Shown here in pieces: positions 1-9,519 of a stretch of DNA of 64,000 nucleotides. The notes beneath the pieces are model-generated. The model was given only the letters and a program-made list of their open reading frames with translations, did not search any database and had not been told where the DNA came from. The DNA is from Campylobacterota bacterium. Lineage in GTDB: Bacteria; Campylobacterota; Campylobacteria; Campylobacterales; Arcobacteraceae. How positions within the stretch are numbered: position 1 is the stretch's first letter; every line of letters begins with the position of its first letter. The stretch is from positions 9,914 through 73,913 of the forward strand of contig JBNJFB010000005.1 of the NCBI GenBank assembly GCA_051746405.1, in the 5' to 3' direction. The translations under genes and the position numbers were made by a program.

Positions 1-834
1 TGCTGCTTTGAGCATAAGTCTTTTTAAAACAACTCCCATATAAGTCTCATGGGTACTTTTAAAAATCTCAGTTACAACATCTTCAAAAGGTATAGAGATA
101 AATGAGACTCTATGTGAAGATGAAAACTTAGACCAAAGATATAAAGCCACTTGCTTCACCCCTATTTCATGAGCTAAACCGCCTAAGTTAAAAAATATAA
201 AATGTGTTTTAAGACCTCTTTTCATTGTCATATAACTAGCTACAGTTGAGTCAAAACCACCTGACATTAGTGATAAAATACTACCTTGTGTACCTATTGG
301 AAAGCCTGAGAGTCCCTTATATTTATTTGTCACTATATTTAGTTTTTTATCAATTAGTTCAAGATTTATAGTAACATCTGCATCTCTTAAATCCACACCT
401 TTTGTATCATTATTTGCAAGCATAAAACCACCTACATTCTGCTCAATATCAGTAGATCTAAACTCATGTGTACCTGAACGCTTTGCTCTTACTACAAAAG
501 TTCTATTTTGAATCTTATGAGATGTTATCTCATTTACTTTTTGTTTTATCTCATCTAGTGTTGTAATATTGTCATATTGTAAAACTTCTAAAATAACCTC
601 AATACCAGCTGTATCTTTTAGTTTTACTCTAACTTCATCTACAATCTCTTTTGTACACTCTACTTCAATTTTATCTGAAAACTTTACTACAGTTATATCT
701 TTATCTAATCTGTTTAATACCAATTTTAGATTATTGTAAAGTTGCCCTATCATTTGTCTTTTGGTTTTTACACCCTTTACCATAATCTCTGGAAAGAACT
801 TAACTATAAACTTTTGTCTTTTAGACTCTTGCAT
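1..834 (-). CDS. thiI: tRNA 4-thiouridine synthase ThiI (runs off the left edge; missing from the ORF track)
   Basis: Manual minus-strand translation from ATG at 834 gives MQESKRQKFIVKFFPEIMVKG, a THUMP region (VRAKRSGTHEF) and the PP-loop GFPIGTQGSILSLMSGGFDS. Confidence 0.92.
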   Translation of the reverse strand, partial: MQESKRQKFIVKFFPEIMVKGVKTKRQMIGQLYNNLKLVLNRLDKDITVVKFSDKIEVECTKEIVDEVRVKLKDTAGIEVILEVLQYDNITTLDEIKQKVNEITSHKIQNRTFVVRAKRSGTHEFRSTDIEQNVGGFMLANNDTKGVDLRDADVTINLELIDKKLNIVTNKYKGLSGFPIGTQGSILSLMSGGFDSTVASYMTMKRGLKTHFIFFNLGGLAHEIGVKQVALYLWSKFSSSHRVSFISIPFEDVVTEIFKSTHETYMGVVLKRLMLKAA

Positions 835-986
835 TAATAACTACCCTTACATTTTATATAGTTTGCATTATAACATAAGAGATTTAAAGTTATTTAGATA
901 AATAGATATTTTAAGTGTTAATACTTAATATTATTAAAAATATACATAATTTTAATTATAATAGTTAATACATATATAACTTATAC

Positions 987-1011
987 AGTAAGTATAGATA
1001 TTATACTTACT
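987..1011. terminator. Hairpin downstream of the response regulator (possible terminator or operator)
   Basis: Perfect inverted repeat AGTAAGTATA-GATAT-TATACTTACT. Confidence 0.4.
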
Positions 1012-1023
1012 ATACAAAATGTA

Positions 1024-1776
1024 CTAACTTAATATATTTATTCTATATCCAAAACTATAGATATTTTCTATATCTAATTGTGGTATTTTTTTTCTAAGTC
1101 TTGAAATTATATTTTTCAAGTTTGAAATATCAGGTATTTTATCTGTTTCATCACTCCATAAATATATCAAAATCTCTTCATTTGTATGGGTTTTTTCAGG
1201 AAATCTTAAAAGCAAATCAATAAGCATAGACTCTTTTTTTGTGAGTTTTATAATCTCTTCATCTACTATTAGCTGCTTTATATTTGTATCCCATTTAAGA
1301 TTTGAAGCTAACATTATAGTACTACTAGTTTTAGTATCTCTATTTTCATATTTATTTAAATGAATATGCCTAGAGACTTTAAATATGATATCTATAAAAT
1401 TATCAAAATCGATAGGTTTTAAAATAAACTGAGATATCCCAATATTAACCAACTCCATAAGATATTCAGACTCATTGTGAGCTGATAATACAATCAAAGA
1501 TTGGTCTTCATTTTGTTTATAGATTAATTTTGTAAGCTCTATACCATCTAAATTTGGCATCTTTATATCTGTAATGACCAAATCATAATACTTACCATGC
1601 TTTTCATAATAATCCATATACTTTTCAAAGCCCTCTTTTCCATCCACTGCAGTAACAATATCTTTTTGAAATATATCTGATAGCAACTCTGTTGTTTCTT
1701 TTCTAATACTTTCATCATCTTCTACAAATAAAACACTTATATCTTTTGCATACTCTTCTAAAAGAACGTAATCCAT
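1024..1776 (-). CDS. OmpR-family response regulator
   Basis: Receiver motifs VEDD, DLVITDIKMP, LSAH and KP, plus a C-terminal winged helix (LTKKE...ISRLRKK...FGYRI). Confidence 0.9.
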   Translation of the reverse strand: MDYVLLEEYAKDISVLFVEDDESIRKETTELLSDIFQKDIVTAVDGKEGFEKYMDYYEKHGKYYDLVITDIKMPNLDGIELTKLIYKQNEDQSLIVLSAHNESEYLMELVNIGISQFILKPIDFDNFIDIIFKVSRHIHLNKYENRDTKTSSTIMLASNLKWDTNIKQLIVDEEIIKLTKKESMLIDLLLRFPEKTHTNEEILIYLWSDETDKIPDISNLKNIISRLRKKIPQLDIENIYSFGYRINILS

Positions 1777-1847
1777 ATTTACCCCATTTAACCAAATAAA
1801 AAATTTATATATATTATAATCTATTCAATATTATATAGGACTAATTT

Positions 1848-2897
1848 ATGACAAAAAATATAACTGATTCCACACAACTAAATCAAATTTTGGATAATAC
1901 AATAGAGGGAATTATAATTATTAAAGATGGGTTTATTATAAATGTAAATAAATCTTTAGTGAAAATACTTGGATATAAACAAAAAGAAGAGCTTGTAGGA
2001 AACTTAGCAACAGGTATTTTAATACCCACTTTAAATATAAAATATATAAAATATAATAGTGAAACTTTTCAAGAAGTCTCATTAATTACAAAAAATGCAC
2101 AAATTATTCCTGCAATACTAAAAATTAAAAATATAAAACTAGATAATGAGTCCTATAAAATGGTATCAATATTAAATATGAGTGATTTAAAACAGAAAGA
2201 AAATATGTTAATAGAGCAATCTAGACTTGCAGCAATGGGTGAGATGATATCTGTAATAGCACACCAATGGAGACAACCTTTAAGTGCAATTGCAAGTATC
2301 ACCACAAGAATAAAAATGAAAATTAAGATGAAAAAACTTGATATTGAATTACTTGAAGAGAAAACTGATGAAATAAATAACTATTTACAGTATATGTCTA
2401 AAACTATAGATGATTTTAGAAACTTTTTTGAACCAACAAAAAACAGATCAAAAACAAATCTTTTTGAGCTTATAAATGCATCAGTTAAAATACTAGAACA
2501 ATCTTTTAAATCTGAAAGTATCAAAATCACAATTGAACAGAAAGATTTATCAGATATATATGTTCACAAAAATGAAATAGTTCAAGTCTTTATAAATATT
2601 TTAAATAACTCAAAGGATGCATTTATAGAAAATAGTACAAAAAATGCAAAAATCAATATAAGCTTTGAACAAACAAATGATACCCAAACTGCTATTATAA
2701 AAGATAATGCAGGGGGAATCAATAATGATACTATTAAGAAGATATTTGACCCATATTTCTCTACAAAAGACAAAAAAAATGGTACAGGGTTAGGTCTATA
2801 TATTTGTAAAAATATTATAGAAAAACATGCAAATGGGAGTATAAATGTTCAAAATGAAACTAATGGAGTTTCATTTAAAATAACTCTTCCTAAATAG
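1848..2897 (+). CDS. Cytoplasmic PAS-domain sensor histidine kinase
   Basis: N-terminal PAS; H-box IAHQWRQPL; N, G1, F and G2 boxes (NILNNSKDA, DNAGGI, FDPYFSTK, GTGLGL); no transmembrane segment visible. Confidence 0.9.
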   Translation: MTKNITDSTQLNQILDNTIEGIIIIKDGFIINVNKSLVKILGYKQKEELVGNLATGILIPTLNIKYIKYNSETFQEVSLITKNAQIIPAILKIKNIKLDNESYKMVSILNMSDLKQKENMLIEQSRLAAMGEMISVIAHQWRQPLSAIASITTRIKMKIKMKKLDIELLEEKTDEINNYLQYMSKTIDDFRNFFEPTKNRSKTNLFELINASVKILEQSFKSESIKITIEQKDLSDIYVHKNEIVQVFINILNNSKDAFIENSTKNAKINISFEQTNDTQTAIIKDNAGGINNDTIKKIFDPYFSTKDKKNGTGLGLYICKNIIEKHANGSINVQNETNGVSFKITLPK

Positions 2898-3585
2898 TAT
2901 TCATCACATAACCTCTATTTGATGAGTTTTTTATTAGGCTAATATCTGTTTTTTCTCTTATATGCTTTACAATATTTCTCAAAGAGTACTTAGAAAAATT
3001 TCTATTTTTCCATACTATTTTCTCAATTGTTTCATAAGTTACAAGCTGATTTTTTCTTTCAACTAAAAGCTTAATAAGTGATTTTTCAGTTCTTGTAAGT
3101 TTTACAGGCCGTCTATTATAAAAAAGTTCATCTCTTCTTATATCAAAATAGAAGCCATTTTCAAACTCAACTTTTTTATTTTGGTTTAGATACTGCATAC
3201 ATAACTCAATATTTAAAAGTAACTCATCAAACTCAAATGGCTCTTTTAACAAAGTATATACATTTGATTTTCTATAAAAGCTTATATCTTTTAGTTCATT
3301 TTCTAAAATAACTATAGGGATATTTAAAACATAATTATACTTATTTTTAAAACCATCTACAAAATTTTTAAGGCTATTTTGTTCTGTATTGTCAAATACT
3401 ACTAAATCAAACAGCATTAATTTATCAGCTATAAGTTTAAACTTACTTACTTCAAAAAAAGAGACCTTATAAGCAAGACTACTTAAAACATCTTTAAAGC
3501 TATTTGTTAACTTTTCATTATTTGTTATTACTAAAACTGATTTGTATTTTATATCATTTGTGGTATCAATAAATATACTGGTCAT
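2890..3585 (-). CDS. OmpR-family regulator with an atypical receiver domain
   Basis: Winged-helix C-terminus (LTRTE...LRNIVKHIREK...RGY); the receiver lacks the acidic pocket (VITNN). Confidence 0.75.
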   Translation of the reverse strand: MTSIFIDTTNDIKYKSVLVITNNEKLTNSFKDVLSSLAYKVSFFEVSKFKLIADKLMLFDLVVFDNTEQNSLKNFVDGFKNKYNYVLNIPIVILENELKDISFYRKSNVYTLLKEPFEFDELLLNIELCMQYLNQNKKVEFENGFYFDIRRDELFYNRRPVKLTRTEKSLIKLLVERKNQLVTYETIEKIVWKNRNFSKYSLRNIVKHIREKTDISLIKNSSNRGYVMNTI

Positions 3586-3667
3586 TCTACTTTCCTTAAA
3601 TGTTTGATAAGAAATTTTATCAAGGAAAGGTATTATAAAAGTATCATTTGTTATAAATTTTAAAATT

Positions 3668-3707
3668 TATAGCTACATTAATTAAACTCTATATCAATGT
3701 AGCTATA
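3668..3707. terminator. Stem-loop after the nitroreductase gene
   Basis: 12-bp inverted repeat TATAGCTACATT-N16-AATGTAGCTATA. Confidence 0.45.
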
Positions 3708-3716
3708 TGATAAAAA

Positions 3717-4355
3717 CTACTCTATAAACTCAACTATTTCATCTAAAGGAAGTCTTTGCTGTGTTGATTGTTCGTTTACTCTATACCCAAGAGGTAAAAT
3801 AACTGAAGTTTGATATTTTGAAGTATCAAGATTTAGAAGTTTATCTACTTTTTCTTTTTCAAACCCTTCAATAGGGCAACTATCTACTCCAATAGCAGCA
3901 GCTGCTGTCATCATATTTCCAAGTGCTATATATGTTTGACATGCTGTCCATGAATATATATTTTCATTTGTAGCTAATGTATCTTCTAAATGACTAGCAT
4001 ATAGATTTAAATAAAAATCAAGCTTCTCTTGTGGCATCTCTCTTCTTGAAAATCTTTTTTTAGGAATACCTGATTGAGGCTTAACACAATCAATTCCAGC
4101 TAAAACAACTACAAGATGAGAACATGAAGTAATTTGCACTTGATTCCAGCATAATGGTCTAATTTTAGCTTTTAACTCTTCATTTGTGATTACTAAAAAC
4201 TTCCAAGGTTCCATACCAAATGATGAAGGTGACTTTTGTGCAACCTCTAAAATATAGTTCATATCCTCTTTTGGAATTTTTTTATTTTCATCAAAAACCT
4301 TACAAGCATGTCTAAAATCCATAGCTTCTAAAAATTGCTCTTTTTGCATAATCAT
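3717..4355 (-). CDS. NAD(P)H nitroreductase (NfsB/FrxA-like)
   Basis: FRHACKVFD, SPSSFGMEPWKF and GVDSCPIEGF motifs. Confidence 0.9.
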   Translation of the reverse strand: MIMQKEQFLEAMDFRHACKVFDENKKIPKEDMNYILEVAQKSPSSFGMEPWKFLVITNEELKAKIRPLCWNQVQITSCSHLVVVLAGIDCVKPQSGIPKKRFSRREMPQEKLDFYLNLYASHLEDTLATNENIYSWTACQTYIALGNMMTAAAAIGVDSCPIEGFEKEKVDKLLNLDTSKYQTSVILPLGYRVNEQSTQQRLPLDEIVEFIE

Positions 4356-4358
4356 CCT

Positions 4359-4949
4359 TTATTTAAAATTTTTTTCTAATATACTTTCAAACTTATTTAA
4401 CTCACCATTTATATCTAAATCACCTTTAAAAACATCATTTATGGAGTATGTTTCAAGCTGTTTTGCTCCACAAAATTGAAATACTTTATGAACTGCAAAG
4501 TTTGCTTCATCCAAAGATAAACCTTCAAAAAATCCATCTTTGTTACTAAACTCACTTATTGGACAGTTGTAAGTAAGACTTAACATATATTTTTTTTCAG
4601 TCATAAGTCCACCACTTCCATATTTTTTAGATGAATCATCCCTACTTCTTCCATCATTTACAAACGTAACTGTTCCATTTCCACCTGAAAAAATTTCATC
4701 AATATACTTTTTTGCTATCCATGGTACTCCCATCCAAAATACAGGATATTGAAAAAATATATAATCAGCCCACTGAAACTTTTCAAGCTCTTCTTTTACA
4801 TCATAACCACTTTCAATATATGTCTGTTTTATATTAAACTCATTTGATTCAAAGAACTCTTTTGCTTTATCTATAAATGTTTTAGTCAAATTTCCCTCAG
4901 CCATACCTTCATATCTTTGATGTCCACTAATTATCAACACATTTTTCAT
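4359..4949 (-). CDS. mdaB: NAD(P)H:quinone oxidoreductase, MdaB/flavodoxin-2 family
   Basis: QYPVFWMGVPW and DGRSRDDSSKKYGSGGL motifs typical of MdaB. Confidence 0.85.
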   Translation of the reverse strand: MKNVLIISGHQRYEGMAEGNLTKTFIDKAKEFFESNEFNIKQTYIESGYDVKEELEKFQWADYIFFQYPVFWMGVPWIAKKYIDEIFSGGNGTVTFVNDGRSRDDSSKKYGSGGLMTEKKYMLSLTYNCPISEFSNKDGFFEGLSLDEANFAVHKVFQFCGAKQLETYSINDVFKGDLDINGELNKFESILEKNFK

Positions 4950-5000
4950 TTTTATCCTTTGGTTTAGTTTTGAAAATTATAAAGCTAATATACTTAAAAC

Positions 5001-5030
5001 TCTCTTACTTTACTTTAGGTAAGTAAGAGA
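5001..5030. promoter_or_regulatory. Putative HxlR/DUF24 regulator operator
   Basis: Inverted repeat TCTCTTACTT-N10-AAGTAAGAGA containing TACT-N7-AGTA, located between the divergent mdaB and hxlR-family genes. Confidence 0.6.
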
Positions 5031-5075
5031 AATAAATATATTTTATGTTACAATAATAACTTCAAAAGGATTTAA

Positions 5076-5471
5076 ATGTATAAAATAAATGATAAAGATT
5101 ATAAATGTTCAGTTTCAGTAACATTAGATGTTTTCAATGACAGATGGAAACTTGCTATTATCTGGCATTTATTAGAAAATAATAAAAGATTTAAAGATTT
5201 ACATAAAGATATTACAGAAATAACACAAAAAACATTAACAGTAAAACTAAAAGAGCTAGAAGAAAAAAATATAATAAATAGAGAAGTTTTTCCAGAAGTT
5301 CCACCAAAAGTTGTATATTCGCTAACCTCTTCAGGAAAAAAATTAAAACCTGTATTAAAAGAGATGTATAACTGGGGGATTTCTTATGTTCAAGAGCATG
5401 GAGAAATCACCGATGATGTGAGTTGTTGTGAACTAAGTGTCTCTAAGAAAATTGGCTTTAAAAGTAAATAA
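5076..5471 (+). CDS. HxlR (MarR/DUF24) family transcriptional regulator
   Basis: N-terminal Cys, RWKLAIIWHL and EVPPKVVYSLT motifs. Confidence 0.9.
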   Translation: MYKINDKDYKCSVSVTLDVFNDRWKLAIIWHLLENNKRFKDLHKDITEITQKTLTVKLKELEEKNIINREVFPEVPPKVVYSLTSSGKKLKPVLKEMYNWGISYVQEHGEITDDVSCCELSVSKKIGFKSK

Positions 5472-5531
5472 TAAACTTTTACTAAACATAAAAACTGTAT
5501 CATATGATAAATTTTAATTTTAGGAAATGAG

Positions 5532-6275
5532 ATGTTAAATATGAAGAAAAAAGTAGTTTTAGCTTTATTTAGTCTATCACTTGGAATTAGTGCAAGTGCT
5601 TTAAGTGAAGTATCAAAAGATAAGTTATCACAAATTCAAGATTTAAACTTAATCAAAAAAGCAAGTATTGAAGTAAAAAAAGCTTATGACTTAGGCAGTT
5701 TGTATGCACTTGATAGTATTATTCAAGGACAAAATCAAGAGTTATATCTTACTAAAGACACAGAGGTTTTAATAGCAGGTGAAGCTATCAATACAAATAC
5801 AGGTCAAAAACTATCAATTCCAGCTGATGTTTCAAAACTAGAGGGTAATGAAGCTTTTACATTTGGAAGTGGTGAAGATGAATACTACTTATTTACAGAC
5901 CCTGAGTGTCCATACTGTAAAAAGTTTGAGTCATATTTAAAACAAGTAGAAGATAAAGTTAGTATTAAAGTATTTTACTATCCTTTAGACTTCCATGAAA
6001 ATGCAAAAGATATCTCTTTGTATGTAATGAGCCAAGATACAAAAGAGAAAAAAAGTGATGCTATGATAAATATTACGAAAAACTCAAAAGAGTTTAAAAA
6101 TAGAGATATCGATGAAAAAAAGCTTGCAAAACTTGAAAAAAGCCTAGAAAAACAGATGCAACTAGCTAAAGAATTAGGAGTAAGAGGTACTCCATCTATT
6201 TATGATAAAAAAGGTAACAAAATAAGCTGGGTAAAACTACTACAAGATTATGGTGTAAAAGTTGATATGAACTAA
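5532..6275 (+). CDS. DsbC/DsbG-family periplasmic thiol:disulfide interchange protein
   Basis: Signal peptide, FTDPECPYC active site and GVRGTP cis-proline loop. Confidence 0.88.
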   Translation: MLNMKKKVVLALFSLSLGISASALSEVSKDKLSQIQDLNLIKKASIEVKKAYDLGSLYALDSIIQGQNQELYLTKDTEVLIAGEAINTNTGQKLSIPADVSKLEGNEAFTFGSGEDEYYLFTDPECPYCKKFESYLKQVEDKVSIKVFYYPLDFHENAKDISLYVMSQDTKEKKSDAMINITKNSKEFKNRDIDEKKLAKLEKSLEKQMQLAKELGVRGTPSIYDKKGNKISWVKLLQDYGVKVDMN

Positions 6276-6289
6276 AAGATTTTTATAAT

Positions 6290-6319
6290 AAATATGTAAA
6301 GAGTTTTCTTTACATATTT
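6290..6319. terminator. Bidirectional intrinsic terminator
   Basis: AAATATGTAAAGA-GTTT-TCTTTACATATTT between convergent genes. Confidence 0.7.
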
Positions 6320-6347
6320 TTATTTGAAATCCAGACCGTTCAAAAAA

Positions 6348-6695
6348 TTAAGACTTTTTTACAAACTTAGGTGTAATCTTAATAGCTCCAACCCCTTTGA
6401 TTTTACAATCAATATTATGGTCATCAGCACTTTGTACTAATCTAATAGCTTTAATTTTTGTACCTACTTTTACAACTGAAGAGCTACCTTTAATCTTTAA
6501 GTCCTTAATAACAGTTACATCATCACCACTTCTTAAAGTAGTTCCATTTGAGTCTTTTACAGTAAACTCTTCATCTTCTTCATTTACAGTATCATCATGT
6601 GACCATTCATAAGCACATTGGGGACATACAAGTAAGCTTCCATCCTCATATGTATATTCACAATCACATTTTGGGCAGTTTGGTAAATCCATCAT
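6348..6695 (-). CDS. Zinc-ribbon protein, YjdM/PhnA family
   Basis: CPKC...CPQC zinc ribbon and [14 protein letters not shown]...HNIDCKI. Confidence 0.9.
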   Translation of the reverse strand: MMDLPNCPKCDCEYTYEDGSLLVCPQCAYEWSHDDTVNEEDEEFTVKDSNGTTLRSGDDVTVIKDLKIKGSSSVVKVGTKIKAIRLVQSADDHNIDCKIKGVGAIKITPKFVKKS

Positions 6696-6864
6696 AATCC
6701 TTCATATTTATTTTGAATTGTTATTATAACACAAACTTATATAATTTATATTTGCTTTAAATTTTTTATTCAGATAGACTAAATCTATTACAGACATATC
6801 TACGGAATTTACATCTTCGTTCATACCGTCATACTTACTTAAATTTTATAAAGGAAATGACACA

Positions 6865-8013
6865 ATGAATAAACTTAAAATAGGAGTTATTGGAACTTCT
6901 AAAAAAGTAGATGAAAAAAGACTTCCAATTCACCCAGAGCATTTAATTCGTATCCCAAAAGACCTAAGAGAACAATTGATATTTGAAAAAGGTTATGGTG
7001 AACCTTTTGGTTTTTCAGATGAAAAAATAATAGCATTAAGTGGTGGGGTTGATACAAGATACAATTTATTATCAAAATTAGGAACAGTAATAATAAACAA
7101 ACCTGTTTTGCAAGACTTAGAACAGTTAAAAATCGGTGGGACACTTTGGGGATATGTACACTGTGTGCAACAAGAAGATATAACACAAATTGCAATTGAA
7201 AGAGAACTAACACTTATAGCTTTTGAAGATATGTTTATTTGGTCACCCACAGGTCAAATAGGAAGACACACCTTTTATAAAAATAACGAAATGGCAGGAT
7301 ATTGTGCTGTTTTACACGCTTTACAACTAAAAGGAATAGATGGACATTATGGAAATCAAAGAAAAACTATAATCTTTGGATTTGGTGCAGTTAGTCGTGG
7401 TGCAATATATGCTTTAAAAGCACATGGCTTTAGGGATATTACTATTTGTATTCAACGACCTGACCATGAGGTTAGAGAGGAAGTCCTAGACTGTCATTAT
7501 GTAAGGATTCAACAAGGTAAAAAAAATGAACCTCGTATGGTAGTTATAGAACATGATGGCTCAAAATCACCACTTGAAAAGTTGATTAATCAAGCTGATA
7601 TTATAGTTAATGGTATTTTTCAAGATACTACAAACCCTACTGATATTATAATTGAAAAAGAGAGTAAATCCTTAAAACCAAATAGCTTAATTATAGATAT
7701 TAGTTGTGATGAGAAAATGGGTTTTTTCTTTGCAAAACCTACTACTTTTAAAAAACCGATGTTTAAGTATGATACAACAGATTACTATGCAGTGGATCAC
7801 ACTCCCACTTACTTATGGGAGAGTGCTACTCGTTCTATTTCTGCTGCTTTAATTGTATATTTACCAATGTTTTTAACAGGCAAAAAAAATTGGCACAAAT
7901 CTCAAACTATTCAAAAAGCTATAAATATAGATTCTGGAACAATTCTTAATAAATTAGTTTTATCTTTTCAAAATAGAGATAAAATATACCCTCATAAAAT
8001 AATTAAAAATTAA
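6865..8013 (+). CDS. N(5)-(carboxyethyl)ornithine synthase family protein (AlaDH/PNT fold)
   Basis: DEKRLPIHP, FEKGYG, KNNEMAGY, GFGAV Rossmann motif, IIDISCD and YYAVDHTP. Confidence 0.8.
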   Translation: MNKLKIGVIGTSKKVDEKRLPIHPEHLIRIPKDLREQLIFEKGYGEPFGFSDEKIIALSGGVDTRYNLLSKLGTVIINKPVLQDLEQLKIGGTLWGYVHCVQQEDITQIAIERELTLIAFEDMFIWSPTGQIGRHTFYKNNEMAGYCAVLHALQLKGIDGHYGNQRKTIIFGFGAVSRGAIYALKAHGFRDITICIQRPDHEVREEVLDCHYVRIQQGKKNEPRMVVIEHDGSKSPLEKLINQADIIVNGIFQDTTNPTDIIIEKESKSLKPNSLIIDISCDEKMGFFFAKPTTFKKPMFKYDTTDYYAVDHTPTYLWESATRSISAALIVYLPMFLTGKKNWHKSQTIQKAINIDSGTILNKLVLSFQNRDKIYPHKIIKN

Positions 8014-8082
8014 AACCTCTTAATCAAATCCACATAAACAGCTGTTAAGTCTTCTACTTCTTTTACTGTAGTTCTCTCACCT
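8010..8082 (-). repeat. 73-bp direct repeat, copy 1 (orphan copy of the dapE 3' end)
   Basis: Identical by eye to 9447..9519. Confidence 0.95.
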
Positions 8083-8086
8083 TATA

Positions 8087-9391
8087 TTACATATCTTCCA
8101 AGCTATATCCAACAAATTCAATATCATAGTTTTTCAAATTTTTTTCTAACTTTTTTGATTTTTCTTTTAATACTTCTATATCTATCTTTTTGGAGTTTAT
8201 TTTCACTTCACCAATTAAAACGTTTTTATCAAGTTCATTTACCGCTACAATATCTATTTCATTTAAGTTTGACTTTTCCCAATATGTACCTATTTGAGAG
8301 TACTTCTTTTTAAGTTTCAATTTCTCTAAAAAGTATTTTTCTAAAAACTTTCCACTATATACTGAAAAATCTCTTTTTACTATAGATTTTACAAAATCAT
8401 AATTTTCTATTTCTATAGCACTTTTATATTTGTAGATAAACCTAAACCAAAAGTTAAAATAGTTATCAATTATTTCATATTTTACTGTTCTACTTCCTTC
8501 TTTTGAGAAAATTGGCTTAACTTTTTTTATCATAGTATAATCATTTTCAAGTTTATCTAAATATCCACCTATATTTCGCTTTAGGATACTTTCTATTTCA
8601 CTTCTTGAAGTCTTTGAACTAGCAATAAGAGAGAGTATAGAAAAGTATGTAGTATACTCTTTACCAAACTCTTCAACCAATAAGTTTTTACCCTCTTCTA
8701 AAAAAAGTGAAAAATCACTAAAAATAACATCTAATTGTTTTTCAAAAGTAAAAGCTTTTTTTTCTACAAAAATTTCTACATACTTAGCAACACCGCCTGT
8801 GAATATATAAAATGATAATAAATCTTTATTTTTATATGATGGATAGTTTTCTTTTAAAATCTCTTTTAAAGTATTTACTGTAAAACTTTTTAGATGAATC
8901 TTATTATTTGCTCTACCAAATAATGGTTCTTTTTTATCTTCAAATATTTTTTTCATCAATGAATATATAGAACCACTTAACACTAAATTCATCTTTGATT
9001 TATCTTTATATTCATCCCATATATTTTGCATATCACTGTAAATAGAACTATTTATCTGTAAAAACTCCTGAAACTCATCTATCACTAGTGTAAATGCAGT
9101 TGTAATTGATAAGTTCATAAGATATTCAAAAAGGTTTTTAAAAGATGAAAATTCTCCAAAAACCTTAACTTTTAAAGTATTTTCTATAATATCTACAAAC
9201 TCAGCACAAAGTAAAGCTTCATTTTTTTTAGACACAAAGAAATAAACTTTTTCTTTATACGCTTCTTTTATAAGTTTAGTCTTACCAATCCTTCTTCTTC
9301 CAACTAAAACAGTCATTTTTGATGAGTCTAATGAAGAGGACTGAATATCTATTAAATTTTGTAGCTCTTTTTCTCTATTATAAAATTTCAT
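8087..9391 (-). CDS. Archaeal-type P-loop ATPase with a C-terminal DUF234 PD-(D/E)XK-like domain
   Basis: MKFYNREKEL start, Walker A GRRRIGKT, Walker B VIDEFQ, DNYFNFWFRF and EIDIVAV...IGEVK. Confidence 0.85.
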   Translation of the reverse strand: MKFYNREKELQNLIDIQSSSLDSSKMTVLVGRRRIGKTKLIKEAYKEKVYFFVSKKNEALLCAEFVDIIENTLKVKVFGEFSSFKNLFEYLMNLSITTAFTLVIDEFQEFLQINSSIYSDMQNIWDEYKDKSKMNLVLSGSIYSLMKKIFEDKKEPLFGRANNKIHLKSFTVNTLKEILKENYPSYKNKDLLSFYIFTGGVAKYVEIFVEKKAFTFEKQLDVIFSDFSLFLEEGKNLLVEEFGKEYTTYFSILSLIASSKTSRSEIESILKRNIGGYLDKLENDYTMIKKVKPIFSKEGSRTVKYEIIDNYFNFWFRFIYKYKSAIEIENYDFVKSIVKRDFSVYSGKFLEKYFLEKLKLKKKYSQIGTYWEKSNLNEIDIVAVNELDKNVLIGEVKINSKKIDIEVLKEKSKKLEKNLKNYDIEFVGYSLEDM

Positions 9392-9400
9392 TTTACCTCT

Positions 9401-9439
9401 TTATAGTAATATATATTACTGTAATGTATATTACTATAA
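9401..9439. promoter_or_regulatory. 39-bp near-perfect palindrome upstream of the ATPase gene
   Basis: TTATAGTAATATATATTACTGTAATGTATATTACTATAA, made of two tandem GTAATRTATATTAC units. Confidence 0.6.
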
Positions 9440-9446
9440 TCTCTTC

Positions 9447-9519
9447 TTAAAACCTCTTAATCAAATCCACATAAACAGCTGTTAAGTCTTCTACTTCTTT
9501 TACTGTAGTTCTCTCACCT
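9447..9519 (-). repeat. 73-bp direct repeat, copy 2 (last 73 nt of dapE)
   Basis: Identical by eye to 8010..8082. Confidence 0.95.

Noticed and set aside
6770..6864. Possible structured RNA leader upstream of the ceo-like gene
   Set aside because: Slightly GC-richer with short complementary segments, but no recognisable riboswitch or stable fold by eye.
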